A stretch of DNA of 64,000 nucleotides from assembly GCA_963810095.1 (NCBI GenBank), contig CAWEMM010000002.1, forward strand, positions 224,001 through 288,000, read 5' to 3'. The notes below the pieces were generated by a model that saw only the letters and a program-made list of their open reading frames with translations, did no database searches and was not told the DNA's origin. Below are positions 19,363 to 31,461 of the stretch, piece by piece; the first letter of the stretch is position 1; every line of letters starts with the position of its first letter. Made by a program: the position numbers and the translations under genes. This DNA comes from an uncultured Chloroflexia bacterium (GTDB taxonomy: Bacteria > Chloroflexota > Anaerolineae > CG2-30-64-16).

Positions 19363-19896
19363 ATGGTTCGTGTGCGTGATGGTAAGCGGATGGCGGGTAA
19401 GCTCGCGTTCGGTGTCGTGTTGGTGACACTGGCAGCCCTCCTGGGCGCTTGCGCGGCTCCCACCGGTTCGGGCTCTGCCGCCAGTGGCGGCCAACCCGCA
19501 GCCCCCACCGCGGCCCCGGCGGCCACGGCTGCCCCGGCTGCAACGGAAGCCCCGGCCCAGGCCCCGGCTGCGACGGAAGCGCCGGCTGCAACCGCAGCGC
19601 CGGCCGCGGCCGCAGGCGTAAGCTTCAGCAAGGACGTCATGCCGATCTTCGAGAAGACGTGCATCAAGTGCCACGGCGGGCCTGACGGCAGCAAGGGCGG
19701 CCTGAGCCTGAAGACGTACGACGACATGATGAAGGGCGGCGAGGACGGTGCGGTGATCGTTCCCGGCGACGCCAGCGGCAGCCTGCTCGTGAAGCAGATC
19801 CAAAACGGCAAGATGCCGAAGCGCGCCCCGAAGCTGCCGCAGGATCAGATCGACCTGATTGCCAAGTGGGTGACCGAAGGCGCGCAGAACAACTAG
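19363..19896 (+). CDS. c-type cytochrome lipoprotein (single haem; planctomycete-type cytochrome c domain)
   Basis: RBS AGGAGA; lipobox 'LGAC'; AP-rich linker; 'VSFSKDVMPIF..CIKCH', axial 'MP', 'WVTEGA'. Confidence 0.88.
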   Translation: MVRVRDGKRMAGKLAFGVVLVTLAALLGACAAPTGSGSAASGGQPAAPTAAPAATAAPAATEAPAQAPAATEAPAATAAPAAAAGVSFSKDVMPIFEKTCIKCHGGPDGSKGGLSLKTYDDMMKGGEDGAVIVPGDASGSLLVKQIQNGKMPKRAPKLPQDQIDLIAKWVTEGAQNN

Positions 19897-19916
19897 GCGC
19901 GTCGTGTTGGTGTGCG

Positions 19917-19967
19917 CTGGGGCCGGTCTCCGGCCGTGCCCCCCGGCCCGGTCACAACCGGCCCCAG
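19917..19967. terminator. GC-rich stem-loop downstream of the cytochrome gene
   Basis: CTGGGGCCGGT ... ACCGGCCCCAG inverted repeat. Confidence 0.5.
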
Positions 19968-20094
19968 CTGCTACATCCTGCGTGCGGCTTTAGGTGCCCC
20001 GTTCACTTCAAGCGATTTCCCGTTCCACCCTCCCCCGTTGTACAATCTCCATCGCAACTTGTACTTCCGTTAGTGGTTAACGTGGTTGGGCTCT

Positions 20095-21054
20095 ATGCAG
20101 GTCTCACTGGTCACGCGCATGCTCTTGCGGCGCTCCCTGATGCTACAGGCGGCCGGGGCTGCTCTGGCCGTAGGCGGCGCCGCCTACTACTTCACGCACC
20201 CCCAGCGTATCGTCGCCGAGCTTCCCGATTCGATCCAAGCCAACGCTCATAGCGTTACGCTGACCGCTGTCGACGGTGCGGCGCTCCATGGCACCTGGAT
20301 TCCTGGACGTGGCCCGCACGGCCGGCCGTTCGACCGCACCATCGTGCATCACCACGGCTTCAACAGCTGCGGCGGCGTGCTGCTTGCCCGGCGTGCGCTC
20401 TTTCAGCGGATGGCCGTGCCCTTGCCGTGGGCCGAGCAGCGCGACGCCCTCTGTGCCTGGCCGTTGGTGCAGGCCGGCCTGGCACGCGGGTACAACTTTC
20501 TCCTGCTCGATGCCCGGGCGCATGGCAAGTCGGGCGGCGCGTGGGATCCCTCGGGAATCCTCGCCGTTTCGGATGCTGCCCTCTGGGCCCGCTGGCTGCG
20601 GGATGAGCACCGGCAGCTCTGGGCCGGCTTTTGGGGCAACTCGTTCGGGGGCGGGGTCGGCCTGGCATTGGCCGTGCGCGCTTCGGGCGGCGGATACGAC
20701 GCGATGGTGCTCGACAGCCCGGTCGTGATGGCCGACGGCGTGTATTCGGGCGCAGTGCAGCCGGCGCTCTACGCCGCGATCCGCCCGGTCATCCAGCGGC
20801 TGGGCAACCGGGAGCTTTATCCCGCGCTGCAGACCCACCGGCCCTGGATGCCCATCCTGCTGATCCACGGCACGGCCGACGGCCATGTACCGCCGTGGCA
20901 GAGCGAACAAGTCTACGATCTGATTCGAGACCCCGCGCATCCCGAGCGGACGGACCTATGGTTGGTTCCCGGTGCGGAGCACCTCCAGTCGTTCGAGGTG
21001 GCGGAAGAGGAATATATCCGGCGCACGCTGGATTGGTTCGATAAGTGGTTGTAG
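20095..21054 (+). CDS. alpha/beta hydrolase
   Basis: 'HGF', 'DARAHGKS', nucleophile 'GNSFG', 'IHGTADGHVP', 'PGAEH' catalytic triad. Confidence 0.88.
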   Translation: MQVSLVTRMLLRRSLMLQAAGAALAVGGAAYYFTHPQRIVAELPDSIQANAHSVTLTAVDGAALHGTWIPGRGPHGRPFDRTIVHHHGFNSCGGVLLARRALFQRMAVPLPWAEQRDALCAWPLVQAGLARGYNFLLLDARAHGKSGGAWDPSGILAVSDAALWARWLRDEHRQLWAGFWGNSFGGGVGLALAVRASGGGYDAMVLDSPVVMADGVYSGAVQPALYAAIRPVIQRLGNRELYPALQTHRPWMPILLIHGTADGHVPPWQSEQVYDLIRDPAHPERTDLWLVPGAEHLQSFEVAEEEYIRRTLDWFDKWL

Positions 21055-21133
21055 CAGGCTGGTGTGTTCTTGGGGCGGGCCGTACCGGGCATAGAAGGTC
21101 ACCGCAAGAGCGAGAAGGTTCGGAGGCGATTTC

Positions 21134-21850
21134 TTGAGCAGACCCCTTGCCGGCATCGCACGTTGGCTGGTTGCGCTGGCCATGCCTGCGCTGATCGTGC
21201 TCCTGTGGGTGCGAATCATCTGGAATCCGTGGTTCGTCGTGTGGGAATACAGCCGGCCGGGATTTCCGCCCGACCAGTACGGCTTCACGAACCAGCAGCG
21301 GATCGAATACATCCTCCAGTGGATCGACTACTATAACGGCGACCAAAGCCCCGAAGAGGGTGCACAGTTCTTCGGCCAGCTGCGGCTGCCCGGCACCGAC
21401 CAGCCGGTCTACACTGAATACGACGTCAAGCACATGATCGACGTCCGGCACGTGCTCGACACGGCCTGGCGGGTGCTGGCCGTGTCCGCATTCATCGTGA
21501 TCGTTGGGTTGCTGGCGCTGCTCATTCCCAAGGCGACGCGCCGCGACGGGTACGCTGCGATCTTCATGGGCGGCCTGATAACGACACTGTTCCTGCTCGC
21601 GATGATCTTGTTTCTCGCGCTGTCGTGGCGCACCTTCTTCATCACATTCCACGAGGTGCTCTTCCCAGAAGGCGGCTGGACCTTTGACTGGACGAGCACC
21701 CTCATTCGCATTTTCCCCGACCGTTTCTGGTTCGATGGGTTCCTGCTAGGGGTGGGCGTTCCACTGGTCACGGGCGTGATTGTCGCACTGACGGGATGGC
21801 TGTTAGGCCGGCATGCGAGGCGTAAGGAGGCTTATGGGACACCAGGGTAA
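21134..21850 (+). CDS. integral membrane protein (TIGR01906/DUF1461-like)
   Basis: 'HMIDVR', '[10 protein letters not shown]', '[11 protein letters not shown]' motifs and TM helices. Confidence 0.8.
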   Translation: MSRPLAGIARWLVALAMPALIVLLWVRIIWNPWFVVWEYSRPGFPPDQYGFTNQQRIEYILQWIDYYNGDQSPEEGAQFFGQLRLPGTDQPVYTEYDVKHMIDVRHVLDTAWRVLAVSAFIVIVGLLALLIPKATRRDGYAAIFMGGLITTLFLLAMILFLALSWRTFFITFHEVLFPEGGWTFDWTSTLIRIFPDRFWFDGFLLGVGVPLVTGVIVALTGWLLGRHARRKEAYGTPG

Positions 21851-23384
21851 GATCACGGCGCTGCGAGATTTGAAGTACGCCTCGGGGTTAGGGGGCGGGG
21901 AAGACCGCATCAAGGCCCAGCATGCCAAGGGCAAGCTGACCGCCCGCGAGCGACTCGAGCTGCTGCTGGACAAAGGGTCGTTCATGGAGCTCGATCGCTT
22001 CGTGATCCAGCGCGGGGGCGACGTCAGCAATCTGCCCGGCCAGGTGCTGGGCGATGGCGTAGTCACCGGGTATGGCACGATCGACCGCCGGCTCGTCTAC
22101 GTGTTTTCGCAGGACTTTACGGTCGTCGGCGGCTCGCTGGGCGAAGCGCACGCCGAGAAGATCTGCAAGATCATGGACCTGGCGATGAAGAACGGCGCCC
22201 CGGTCATCGGCCTCAACGACTCGGGCGGCGCCCGCATCCAGGAGGGCGTATTCTCCTTGGGCGGCTATGCCGACATCTTCCTGCGCAACACGCTGGCTTC
22301 CGGCGTCGTCCCGCAGATCAGCATGATCCTTGGCCCATCGGCCGGCGGCGCCGTCTACTCCCCGGCCCTGACCGACTTCATCGTGATGGTGAAGGACTCG
22401 TCCAACATGTTCGTGACCGGGCCAGACGTGGTCAAGGCCGTGACGCACGAGAGTGTGACGTTTGAGGAACTGGGCGGGGCGCTGACGCATGCGTCCACGT
22501 CGGGCGTCGCCCACTTCGCCGCCGACGGCGAAGAAGACGCCGTCTTCCTGGTGCAGCGCTTGCTCTCCTACCTGCCCTCGAACAACATGGAAGACCCGCC
22601 GACCGTTCGCTCGGAGGACGACCCGCTGCGCACCGACGAAAAGCTCAACGAGGTGATTCCCGACGAGCCGAACAAGCCCTACGACATGCACGACGTGATC
22701 TGCAAGGTCGTCGACAACGGCGAGTTTCTGGAGATCATGCAGAACTGGGCCGGCAACATCCTCATCGGTTACGCCCGGCTCGACGGGCGAGCGGTGGGCA
22801 TTGTGGCGAACCAGCCTGCTGTGCTGGCTGGAGTGCTCGATATCAACGCCAGCGTGAAGGCGGCGCGGTTCGTCCGTTTCTGCGACTGCTTCAACATCCC
22901 GATCGTGACGTTCGTCGACGTGCCCGGCTTCCTCCCCGGCACGGTGCAGGAGCACGGCGGCATCATCCGGCATGGCGCCAAGCTGATTTATGCCTATGCG
23001 GAGGCTACGGTGCCGAAGCTGACCGTGGTCACGCGCAAGGCATATGGCGGTGCTTACTGCGTCATGTCCTCCAAGCACATGCGCGGTGACATCAACCTGG
23101 CCTGGCCCACGGCAGAAATTGCCGTCATGGGACCGGAAGGCGCAGTCAACATCGTGCATCGCCGCGAAATCCAGGCTTCGACTACGCCTCAAGAGACCAA
23201 AGCCAACCTGGTCGCCGAGTATCGCGAGAAGTTCGCGAATCCCTACGTGGCCGCCTCGCGGGGGTACGTGGATGCGGTCATCGAGCCGAAGGAAACCCGG
23301 CCGCGCCTGATCAACGCGCTGGAAATGCTGCAGAACAAGCGGGACACGAACCCGCCCAAGAAGCATGGAAACATCCCGCTGTGA
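21834..23384 (+). CDS. pccB: acyl-CoA (propionyl-CoA) carboxylase carboxyltransferase beta subunit
   Basis: 'GKLTARER', '[10 protein letters not shown]', 'VDVPGFLPG', 'RKAYGGAY', '[10 protein letters not shown]'. Confidence 0.93.
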   Translation: MGHQGKITALRDLKYASGLGGGEDRIKAQHAKGKLTARERLELLLDKGSFMELDRFVIQRGGDVSNLPGQVLGDGVVTGYGTIDRRLVYVFSQDFTVVGGSLGEAHAEKICKIMDLAMKNGAPVIGLNDSGGARIQEGVFSLGGYADIFLRNTLASGVVPQISMILGPSAGGAVYSPALTDFIVMVKDSSNMFVTGPDVVKAVTHESVTFEELGGALTHASTSGVAHFAADGEEDAVFLVQRLLSYLPSNNMEDPPTVRSEDDPLRTDEKLNEVIPDEPNKPYDMHDVICKVVDNGEFLEIMQNWAGNILIGYARLDGRAVGIVANQPAVLAGVLDINASVKAARFVRFCDCFNIPIVTFVDVPGFLPGTVQEHGGIIRHGAKLIYAYAEATVPKLTVVTRKAYGGAYCVMSSKHMRGDINLAWPTAEIAVMGPEGAVNIVHRREIQASTTPQETKANLVAEYREKFANPYVAASRGYVDAVIEPKETRPRLINALEMLQNKRDTNPPKKHGNIPL

Positions 23385-23394
23385 GCAGGTGTCT

Positions 23395-23464
23395 ACAGGA
23401 AGAACCGAAGAGCCGAAGGCTCGCCAAGCTTACCAGCCTTCGTGGCACTTTGTTCCTTCGGTCC
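23395..23464. repeat. degenerate 8-nt-period intergenic palindrome
   Basis: ACAGGAAG-AACCGAAG-AGCCGAAG ... CTTCGTGG-CACTTTGTT-CCTTCGGT. Confidence 0.55.
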
Positions 23465-23500
23465 TTATTGTATCCGTAGGGCTACAGTAGTGAGGCGAGT

Positions 23501-25033
<1,533 letters not shown>

Positions 25034-25041
25034 AGGCGCTT

Positions 25042-25125
25042 AACACAAAGACACAAGGGCACGAAGATTGCGGCCGCGGCCTTCGCAAGGCTTTTCAGCC
25101 CATTGTGCCGTGGTGCCTTTGTGTT
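25042..25125. repeat. 8-nt-period intergenic palindrome
   Basis: AACACAAAG-ACACAAGG-GCACGAAG ... CATTGTGC-CGTGGTGC-CTTTGTGTT. Confidence 0.75.
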
Positions 25126-25165
25126 TGAGCTCCGGCCGCGATGCGAGCGTACTCAGGAGAGCAGG

Positions 25166-25672
25166 ATGAAGTATTTTGCGACGGTGAACGACCAGACCTA
25201 CGAGATCGACATCGACCACCATGGCCGGGTGACGGTCGATGGCAACGAGCTTGCCGCCGATATGCGGCTGGTTGGCGGAAACAATCTCTATTCCCTGCTC
25301 GTGAACAGCGCCTCCTACGAGGTGGTGCTCGATCCCGAGAGCGACAGCCATTCCAGCTACCGGGTGATGACACGCGGGCTGCAGTATGTCGTGCGCGTGC
25401 AGGACGAGCGCTCGCGGCGCCTGGCGCTGGTCGATCGCAACTTGCGCCCGCCAGATGGCGAACTGCTCATCAAGGCCCCGATCCCCGGCCTGGTGGTGAA
25501 GACGCCTGTCCAGCCAGGGCAGGAGGTGGCCGAGGGTGACACGCTCGTGATCCTGGAGGCCATGAAGATGGAGAACGAGCTGCGCGCACCCCGGGCGGGC
25601 GTCGTCCACGACGTGAAAATTGCGCCCGGCGCCCAGGTGCAGCTGGGGCAGACCCTGCTGACGCTCAAATGA
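25166..25672 (+). CDS. biotin carboxyl carrier (biotinyl-domain) protein
   Basis: 'APIPG', 'ILEAMKMENE' biotinylation motif; RBS GGAG upstream of ATG 25166. Confidence 0.92.
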   Translation: MKYFATVNDQTYEIDIDHHGRVTVDGNELAADMRLVGGNNLYSLLVNSASYEVVLDPESDSHSSYRVMTRGLQYVVRVQDERSRRLALVDRNLRPPDGELLIKAPIPGLVVKTPVQPGQEVAEGDTLVILEAMKMENELRAPRAGVVHDVKIAPGAQVQLGQTLLTLK

Positions 25673-25739
25673 TTCGTATCAGCGGCCGGCCAAGTGCGCC
25701 GGCCCCTGACACCCATCCCATGCAAAGGAGTCCCACCTA

Positions 25740-26436
25740 ATGGCACAATCGGCCAAGGCCGAGCGCGGCAAAGCAGCCGCCCCGCACCCCACACACGGCA
25801 AATACTACCGAGATCAATCACTCGGACGTCCCCATCCGGCTGTTCAAGTCAGACTTTCTCGAGTTCTTCACGCACATCAGCCCGGTCGCGGTGTTGATCA
25901 TCTGGGTGCCTGTCATCATCTTCTTCCTCGCGCGCTCGGTCGTTCAGGCGTCAAGCTACGGGGGGTGGGTCTACATCCCCGTTGGCATCCTCGCCGGCAT
26001 ATTCCTCTGGACGTTCGCCGAGTACACGATCCATCGCTTCGTATTTCACTACGATCCAAAGTCGGAGCGCGTCGCCAAGATCTGGTTCATGTTCCACGGC
26101 GTACACCATGCCCAGCCCCAGCTCAAGACCCGGCTGGTGATGCCGCCGGCGCTGAGCATCCCGCTTGCCGTCGTCTTCTACTTCCTTTTCTACTTCGTGA
26201 TCGGCAAGGTGCTGGGCGCGCCGCAGTGGGTGGACCCCACGTTTGCCGGCTTCATGACCGGCTACCTGATCTACGACATGACGCACTATGCCACGCACCA
26301 CTGGCCGATGCGGTCGCCCGTCGCGAAGTATCTGAAGCGATACCACATGATTCACCACTTCAAGACGCCGCAGGCGCGTTTTGGGGTCAGCTCGCCCTTG
26401 TGGGATGTCGTGTTCCGGACCAAGCCGGCCGCCTAA
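25740..26436 (+). CDS. fatty acid hydroxylase / sterol desaturase family (Scs7/FA2H-like); +1 indel near 25809
   Basis: His boxes 'EYTIHRFVFH', 'HGVHH', 'YDMTHYATHH', 'HMIHHF', plus 'FGVSSPLWD'; 'IRLFKSDFLEFFT' upstream in frame. Confidence 0.88.
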
Positions 26437-26450
26437 CCGGTCAGGGGCCC

Positions 26451-26517
26451 CACCACGGAGGCACGAAGGCACCGAGGCTCACAATGCTTCTTCGTGTACC
26501 TTCGTGACTTCGTGGTG
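26451..26517. repeat. 8-nt-period intergenic palindrome
   Basis: CACCACGGAG-GCACGAAG-GCACCGAG ... CTTCGTGTAC-CTTCGTGA-CTTCGTGGTG. Confidence 0.75.
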
Positions 26518-26555
26518 AATCCCACGGCGCCACGGAGCTTTTCTGACTTGAATCA

Positions 26556-26584
26556 TTGACGCGATCCGGTATTGCGAGTATCCT
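26556..26584 (+). promoter_or_regulatory. sigma70-type promoter
   Basis: TTGACG-17 nt-TATCCT, followed by an 11-bp stem-loop (ATGACCGGCGC/GCGCCGGTCAT) and RBS AGGAG. Confidence 0.6.
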
Positions 26585-26649
26585 CGCTGCAGACCATGAT
26601 GACCGGCGCCCGTCGCAAGCGCCGGTCATTTAGCGCGTAGGAGAGTTGT

Positions 26650-27366
26650 GTGAACGTATTGGATAACCTGCCCTTCCAGATCGACGTCCCTGCACTGCTG
26701 CGGGAGATGCACGTCCGCCCTGGCAGCCGCCACGAACCCGAAATCCTGGAGCTGGTCAAGCAGGCCGAGGGCATCGCGCGGCCCAAGGCCGTTTTCAAGC
26801 TCGTCTTCATCGACGCTAAAGGCGCGGAGACGATCCAGGCCGAAGGCGTCGAGTTCAAAAGCCGGGTGATGCGGGTGCACCTGGACAAGCTGGAGCGGTT
26901 CTTCGCCTACGTCTGCACCTCCGGGGTCGAGCTCCAGGGCTGGGCCGACAGCTATGCCGACGACCTGTTGGCAGGATTCTATGCCGACGCGATTAACCAA
27001 GCCGTGCTCAAGAGCGCGTTCGGCGGGTTTGTCAATCACCTCGCGAACGCGTATAGCCTGGTAAACCCGTCTGCCATGAACCCGGGCTCGCTGGGCGATT
27101 GGCCGATTCAGCAGCAGCGGCCGTTGTTCGACTTGCTGGGCGACGTGGAGGGCACCATCGGCGTGTACCTCAAGGAGAGCTTCCTGATGGTGCCGACCAA
27201 GTCGGTCTCGGGCATCCTCTTCCCGGCTGAAGAATCCTTCGCCAGCTGCCAGCTTTGCCCGCGCGACAACTGTCCCAACCGACGCGCCCCTTACGACCCT
27301 GAGCTGTTCGAGCGCAAGTTCCGCACGCCCGTCGTCCAATCGGACACAGAGGTGCCGTTGTGTTAA
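26650..27366 (+). CDS. stand-alone protein resembling the B12-dependent methionine synthase activation domain
   Basis: 'YVCTSG', 'MNPGSLGDWPI..Q..LF', 'FLMVPTKSVSGI', C-terminal 'CQLCPRDNCPNRRA'. Confidence 0.78.
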   Translation: MNVLDNLPFQIDVPALLREMHVRPGSRHEPEILELVKQAEGIARPKAVFKLVFIDAKGAETIQAEGVEFKSRVMRVHLDKLERFFAYVCTSGVELQGWADSYADDLLAGFYADAINQAVLKSAFGGFVNHLANAYSLVNPSAMNPGSLGDWPIQQQRPLFDLLGDVEGTIGVYLKESFLMVPTKSVSGILFPAEESFASCQLCPRDNCPNRRAPYDPELFERKFRTPVVQSDTEVPLC

Positions 27367-27373
27367 GGGGCCG

Positions 27374-27450
27374 TTCACAGGAAGACGCAAAGGATCTAAG
27401 CCTCACAAAGCCTTTGTGCATCTTGGTGTCCTTTGTGTGCTTCTGTTGAA
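27374..27450. repeat. degenerate 8/9-nt-period intergenic palindrome
   Basis: TTCACAGGAAGACGCAAAGGA ... TCCTTTGTGTGCTTCTGTTGAA. Confidence 0.65.
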
Positions 27451-27489
27451 GAACCGGCTCGCCGTTGTGCAATTCTTCCGGAGTAGGAA

Positions 27490-29160
27490 ATGACATTAGC
27501 AGAGCGCAAAGCTGCTTGGGAGCAGAAGAGCATCGCCAAAGTCCTGGCGAAGGCGCCAGAGCGTTCGAGCAAGTTCGAGACGTCGTCGGAGATCCCCGTC
27601 GAGCGGGTCTACACGCCCGACCATGAAGCGGACCTGTGCCCGGCTTTGGGTGACGAATACCTCGAAAAGCTCGGTCTGCCCGGCGAGTACCCCTACACCC
27701 GGGGGGTCCAGCCCACGATGTACCGCGGCCGCTTCTGGACGATGCGGCAGTACGCCGGCTTCGGCACGGCCGCCGAGAGCAACCAGCGCTACCGCTACCT
27801 GCTGGCCCAAGGGCAAACGGGCCTGAGCGTTGCGTTCGATCTGCCCACGCAGATTGGGTACGATGCAGATGATCCGCTCGCGCTGGGCGAGGTGGGCAAG
27901 GTGGGCGTCGCGATCTCGTCGCTGGCCGACATGGAAGTGCTGCTCGACCAGATCCCGCTGGACAAGGTCTCGATTTCCATGACCATCAACGCGCCGGCAA
28001 GCATCTTGCTGGCAATGGTCATCGCGGTCGCACGCAAGCAGGGCGTGCCCGAGGCCGGCTTGCGCGGCACGGTGCAGAACGACATCCTGAAGGAATATAT
28101 CGCGCGCGGCACCTATATCTTTCCGCCCGCGCCCTCCATGCGCCTCATCACCGACCTGTTCCGCTACTGTGCGGCCAACGTACCCCATTGGAACACGATC
28201 AGCATCTCCGGCTACCACATCCGCGAGGCGGGCAGCACGGCCGCGCAGGAAATCGCGTTCACCCTGGCCGATGCGATCGAGTACGTGAAGGCTGCCATCG
28301 ACGCGGGCCAGAAGGTCGACGAATTCGGGCCACAGCTGGCGTTCTTCTTCAACGCGCACAACAACTTCCTGGAGGAAGTGGCCAAGTTCCGGGCGGCTCG
28401 GCGCATCTGGGCCAAGATCATGCGCGAGCGATTCGGCGCGCAGGACCCGAAAAGCTGGCAGCTCCGCTTCCACACGCAGACGGCGGGCTCGACACTGACG
28501 GCACAGCAGCCGGAGAACAATGTCGTGCGCGTGACGCTGCAAGCCCTGGCGGCGGTTCTCGGCGGCACGCAGTCGCTGCACACCAACTCGCGCGACGAGG
28601 CGCTGGCCTTGCCTTCGCAGAATGCGGTCGAGGTGGCGCTCCGCACGCAGCAGATTATCGCTTACGAGTCGGGCGTGGCCGACACGATTGATCCCCTGGC
28701 CGGCTCATTCTACGTCGAGGCCCTGACGGACGAGTTGGAGAAGCGCGCGCTGGCGTACATCGAACGGATCGACGCGATGGGCGGCGCGGCCAAGGCCATC
28801 GAGGCGGGTTACGTCCAGAACGAAATCCAGGACGCGGCCTACGGCGCACTGCGCGCGATCGAAGGCGGGGAGCAGGTCGTGGTCGGCGTGAACAAGTTCC
28901 AGCGCCAGCACGATGGGCTGCCGTCCGATCTCCTGCGGATCGACGAAAAGGTGCAGGCCGAGCAGATCGCAAATCTCCGTCAGGTCCGGGCAAGGCGGGA
29001 CCAGGCCGCAGTCGACACGCTCCTGTCGCGGATTCGTGCGGCCGCGCAAGACCCCGGCGCTCCACTGATGCCGCTTTTTGTCGAGGCCGTGTCTGCCTAC
29101 GCGACCCTTGGCGAGATCTGCAACACCTTGCGCGGAGTGTTCGGGGAATACCGGCCGTAA
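27490..29160 (+). CDS. methylmalonyl-CoA mutase, large (substrate-binding) subunit
   Basis: 'PGEYPYTRG', 'WTMRQYAGF', 'GLSVAFDL', '[11 protein letters not shown]', '[11 protein letters not shown]', 'GGTQSLHTN'; no DxHxxG B12 domain. Confidence 0.95.
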   Translation: MTLAERKAAWEQKSIAKVLAKAPERSSKFETSSEIPVERVYTPDHEADLCPALGDEYLEKLGLPGEYPYTRGVQPTMYRGRFWTMRQYAGFGTAAESNQRYRYLLAQGQTGLSVAFDLPTQIGYDADDPLALGEVGKVGVAISSLADMEVLLDQIPLDKVSISMTINAPASILLAMVIAVARKQGVPEAGLRGTVQNDILKEYIARGTYIFPPAPSMRLITDLFRYCAANVPHWNTISISGYHIREAGSTAAQEIAFTLADAIEYVKAAIDAGQKVDEFGPQLAFFFNAHNNFLEEVAKFRAARRIWAKIMRERFGAQDPKSWQLRFHTQTAGSTLTAQQPENNVVRVTLQALAAVLGGTQSLHTNSRDEALALPSQNAVEVALRTQQIIAYESGVADTIDPLAGSFYVEALTDELEKRALAYIERIDAMGGAAKAIEAGYVQNEIQDAAYGALRAIEGGEQVVVGVNKFQRQHDGLPSDLLRIDEKVQAEQIANLRQVRARRDQAAVDTLLSRIRAAAQDPGAPLMPLFVEAVSAYATLGEICNTLRGVFGEYRP

Positions 29161-29164
29161 CGAG

Positions 29165-29680
29165 ATGAAAAAACAACCTACCAGTCGCATGTGTTTTATC
29201 TGTGGGGAACGCAACCCGGGCGGCGTGCATCTGCACTTCTACGAGCAGGACGACGGTACGATCCTGGGCAAGTTCACCGGGCAGGACATCCACCAGAGTT
29301 ACCCGGGCCGTATGCACGGGGGCGTGATTACTGCTGCGCTCGACGAAACGATTGGCCGCGCGATCATGATCCGCTACGGCGAAGCGATCTGGGGCGTGAC
29401 CGTCGAGCTCAACGTGCGCTTTCTGAAGCCCGTGCCGCTCGGCGTGCCCTTGACCATCCTGGGACGCGTCACGAGCGACAAATCGCGCATTTTCGAAGGC
29501 TCGGGCGAGCTGATCCTGCCGGACGGGTCGGTTGCCGCCGACTGCGTGGGCAAGTATGTCAAAATGGACATCACGAAGATCGCGGACTTTGACTACGAGC
29601 GCGAGGAATGGTACGTCCGGCCCGACCCGGAGCCGGCAGCCGGCGACGCGACAGCTACACCCGAAGAGGCAGCCTCATGA
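29165..29680 (+). CDS. PaaI/hotdog-fold thioesterase
   Basis: 'CFICGERNPGG', 'HQSYPGRMHGGV..AALDE', 'VRFLKPVP'. Confidence 0.88.
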   Translation: MKKQPTSRMCFICGERNPGGVHLHFYEQDDGTILGKFTGQDIHQSYPGRMHGGVITAALDETIGRAIMIRYGEAIWGVTVELNVRFLKPVPLGVPLTILGRVTSDKSRIFEGSGELILPDGSVAADCVGKYVKMDITKIADFDYEREEWYVRPDPEPAAGDATATPEEAAS

Positions 29681-30078
29681 CCATCAAGAAGATCGACCAC
29701 ATTGCCATTGTGGTGGAGAACCTGGAGAACGCACTGGGCGTCTATCGCGACGCGCTGGGCATGACCGTGACCGACGTGCGCGAGATGCCCGAGCAGGACG
29801 TCAAGATGGCGTTCCTGCCCGCGGGTGACAGCGAGATCGAGCTGCTCGAACCACTCCACGCGGACAGCGGGATCGGCAAGTACCTGGCGAAGCGGGGGGA
29901 AGGGCTGCACCACGTGTGCCTGGAGGTCGACGACATCGACGCGACCCTGGCCGACCTCAAGGCCAAGGGTGCGCAACTAATCGACGAGACCCCCAAGCAG
30001 GGCGCGTATGGCCGCATTGCCTTCATCCATCCGAAGGGCGCGCACGGCGTGCTCGTGGAACTGGTGCAGCGCGACTGA
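29677..30078 (+). CDS. mce: methylmalonyl-CoA epimerase
   Basis: 'IDHIAIVV', 'IELLEP', 'RGEGLHHVCLEV', 'FIHPK..HGVLVEL'; next to the mutase. Confidence 0.92.
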   Translation: MTIKKIDHIAIVVENLENALGVYRDALGMTVTDVREMPEQDVKMAFLPAGDSEIELLEPLHADSGIGKYLAKRGEGLHHVCLEVDDIDATLADLKAKGAQLIDETPKQGAYGRIAFIHPKGAHGVLVELVQRD

Positions 30079-30079
30079 G

Positions 30080-31390
30080 ATGAAAAGCGCTCCTCGCCGG
30101 CTGAGCCCGCTACGGGACAGCGTGCGCGCCATGCGGTGGCAAAGCTTACTGGCGCTCAACCGGCCGCCGGACCAAGCGCTGACGCCGGCCCAGGTTGAGG
30201 CCAACATCCGTCACCTCGTCGGCGACATCGCGTGGTTCGGTGTGGTGTGGGGCAGCATCGTGTCGTTTCTCCAGGTGTACACGGTGCGCCTCGGCGCGTC
30301 GTCGCTGCTCGTCGGCGCGATCACCTATGGCCCGGCGCTGATCGCCATCTTCTGGCAGATCCCTGCCGGCCGGCTCATCACCCGCCGCGGTCACCGGATG
30401 CGCTGGGTGCTGCTGAGCGGCCTCGCTTACCGCGGCATCTTCCTATCTGTCAGCCTGATCCCGTTCTTCGTCGCCAGCGTCACTGCCCAGGCCACCGCTA
30501 TGATCTGGGTGCTGTCGGCCTTCATCACAAGCATCAGCAACGTCTCCTTTCTTTCCATGATGGCCGACGCGGTCACTGCAGACCGCCTGGCGCGGATGGT
30601 CGCGCTGCGTTTTGCCGCGTTCGGGCTCACGAGCACCCTGACCGTCTTGCTGGCCGGCCCTCTGCTTGGGCGGCTGCCTTTCCCTCTCAACTACCAGGTG
30701 CTCTTTTTCCTCGGCTTTCTGGGCTCGATGGTGAGCTGGTGGCACGTCAACCAGATGCACGTGCCCGACCCCGCGCCGCAATCCGGCGTACAGCCGGCCT
30801 TCTGGCGCGAGTTCAGAGGCATCATCCGTTATCCGCGATTCCTCCGTTTTCTCGTGTCGGTGTTTGTCTTGCAGCTGGCTCTCGGTATGATCGCGCCGCT
30901 CTTGCCCTTGTATTGGGTGCGAACGCTAGGCGCGACGGATCAGCAGGTGAGCCTGGTGCTCAGCACCGCCACAGGGATGATGGTAGTGGGGTCCTTGTTG
31001 ATGCGGCGGGCGGTGAGCCGCGTCGGTCGGGAGGCGGCCCTGGGTTTCGGCGCGCTCGGCTACGCCTTCTATCCGCTGCTCACGTCGCTGACGACCTCGG
31101 TATGGATGTTGATTCCGTGGGCCGCGATCGCCGGGCTGTTCAGCGCGGCTATCAACGTCAACCTGTTCGACAACGTTGTGGCCGTGACGCCGGACGAGGA
31201 GCGGACGAACTATATGTCCGTTTACAACACGGCACAAAACAGCGGTCTGTTCGTGGGACCGCTGATTGCCGGCCTGCTTGCCCAAACGGCCGGCGGGCCG
31301 GCGCTCGGGCTGCAGGTTGCCGCGGGCGCGACGATTGCGGCTGCGGCGCTGCTGCTGTCCAGGGCGAAACGCGGCGAGATCGGCCGCTGA
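30080..31390 (+). CDS. MFS transporter
   Basis: about 12 hydrophobic segments in two halves; 'FPLNYQVLF'. Confidence 0.8.
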   Translation: MKSAPRRLSPLRDSVRAMRWQSLLALNRPPDQALTPAQVEANIRHLVGDIAWFGVVWGSIVSFLQVYTVRLGASSLLVGAITYGPALIAIFWQIPAGRLITRRGHRMRWVLLSGLAYRGIFLSVSLIPFFVASVTAQATAMIWVLSAFITSISNVSFLSMMADAVTADRLARMVALRFAAFGLTSTLTVLLAGPLLGRLPFPLNYQVLFFLGFLGSMVSWWHVNQMHVPDPAPQSGVQPAFWREFRGIIRYPRFLRFLVSVFVLQLALGMIAPLLPLYWVRTLGATDQQVSLVLSTATGMMVVGSLLMRRAVSRVGREAALGFGALGYAFYPLLTSLTTSVWMLIPWAAIAGLFSAAINVNLFDNVVAVTPDEERTNYMSVYNTAQNSGLFVGPLIAGLLAQTAGGPALGLQVAAGATIAAAALLLSRAKRGEIGR

Positions 31391-31392
31391 TG

Positions 31393-31461
31393 CAACTGAT
31401 CGCATTGATCTGCCCGATCTTCGTGGATATACCGGATATCAGCAGGTCGGTCACACCAGTT
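31393..31461. repeat. 9-nt-period intergenic palindrome between convergent genes
   Basis: CAACTGATCGCATTGATCTGCCCGAT ... ATCAGCAGGTCGGTCACACCAGTT. Confidence 0.55.

Noticed and set aside
26585-26649. Cobalamin or SAM riboswitch upstream of the B12-related genes
   Set aside because: The leader is only about 60 nt with one simple hairpin; no B12-box or SAM core is visible.
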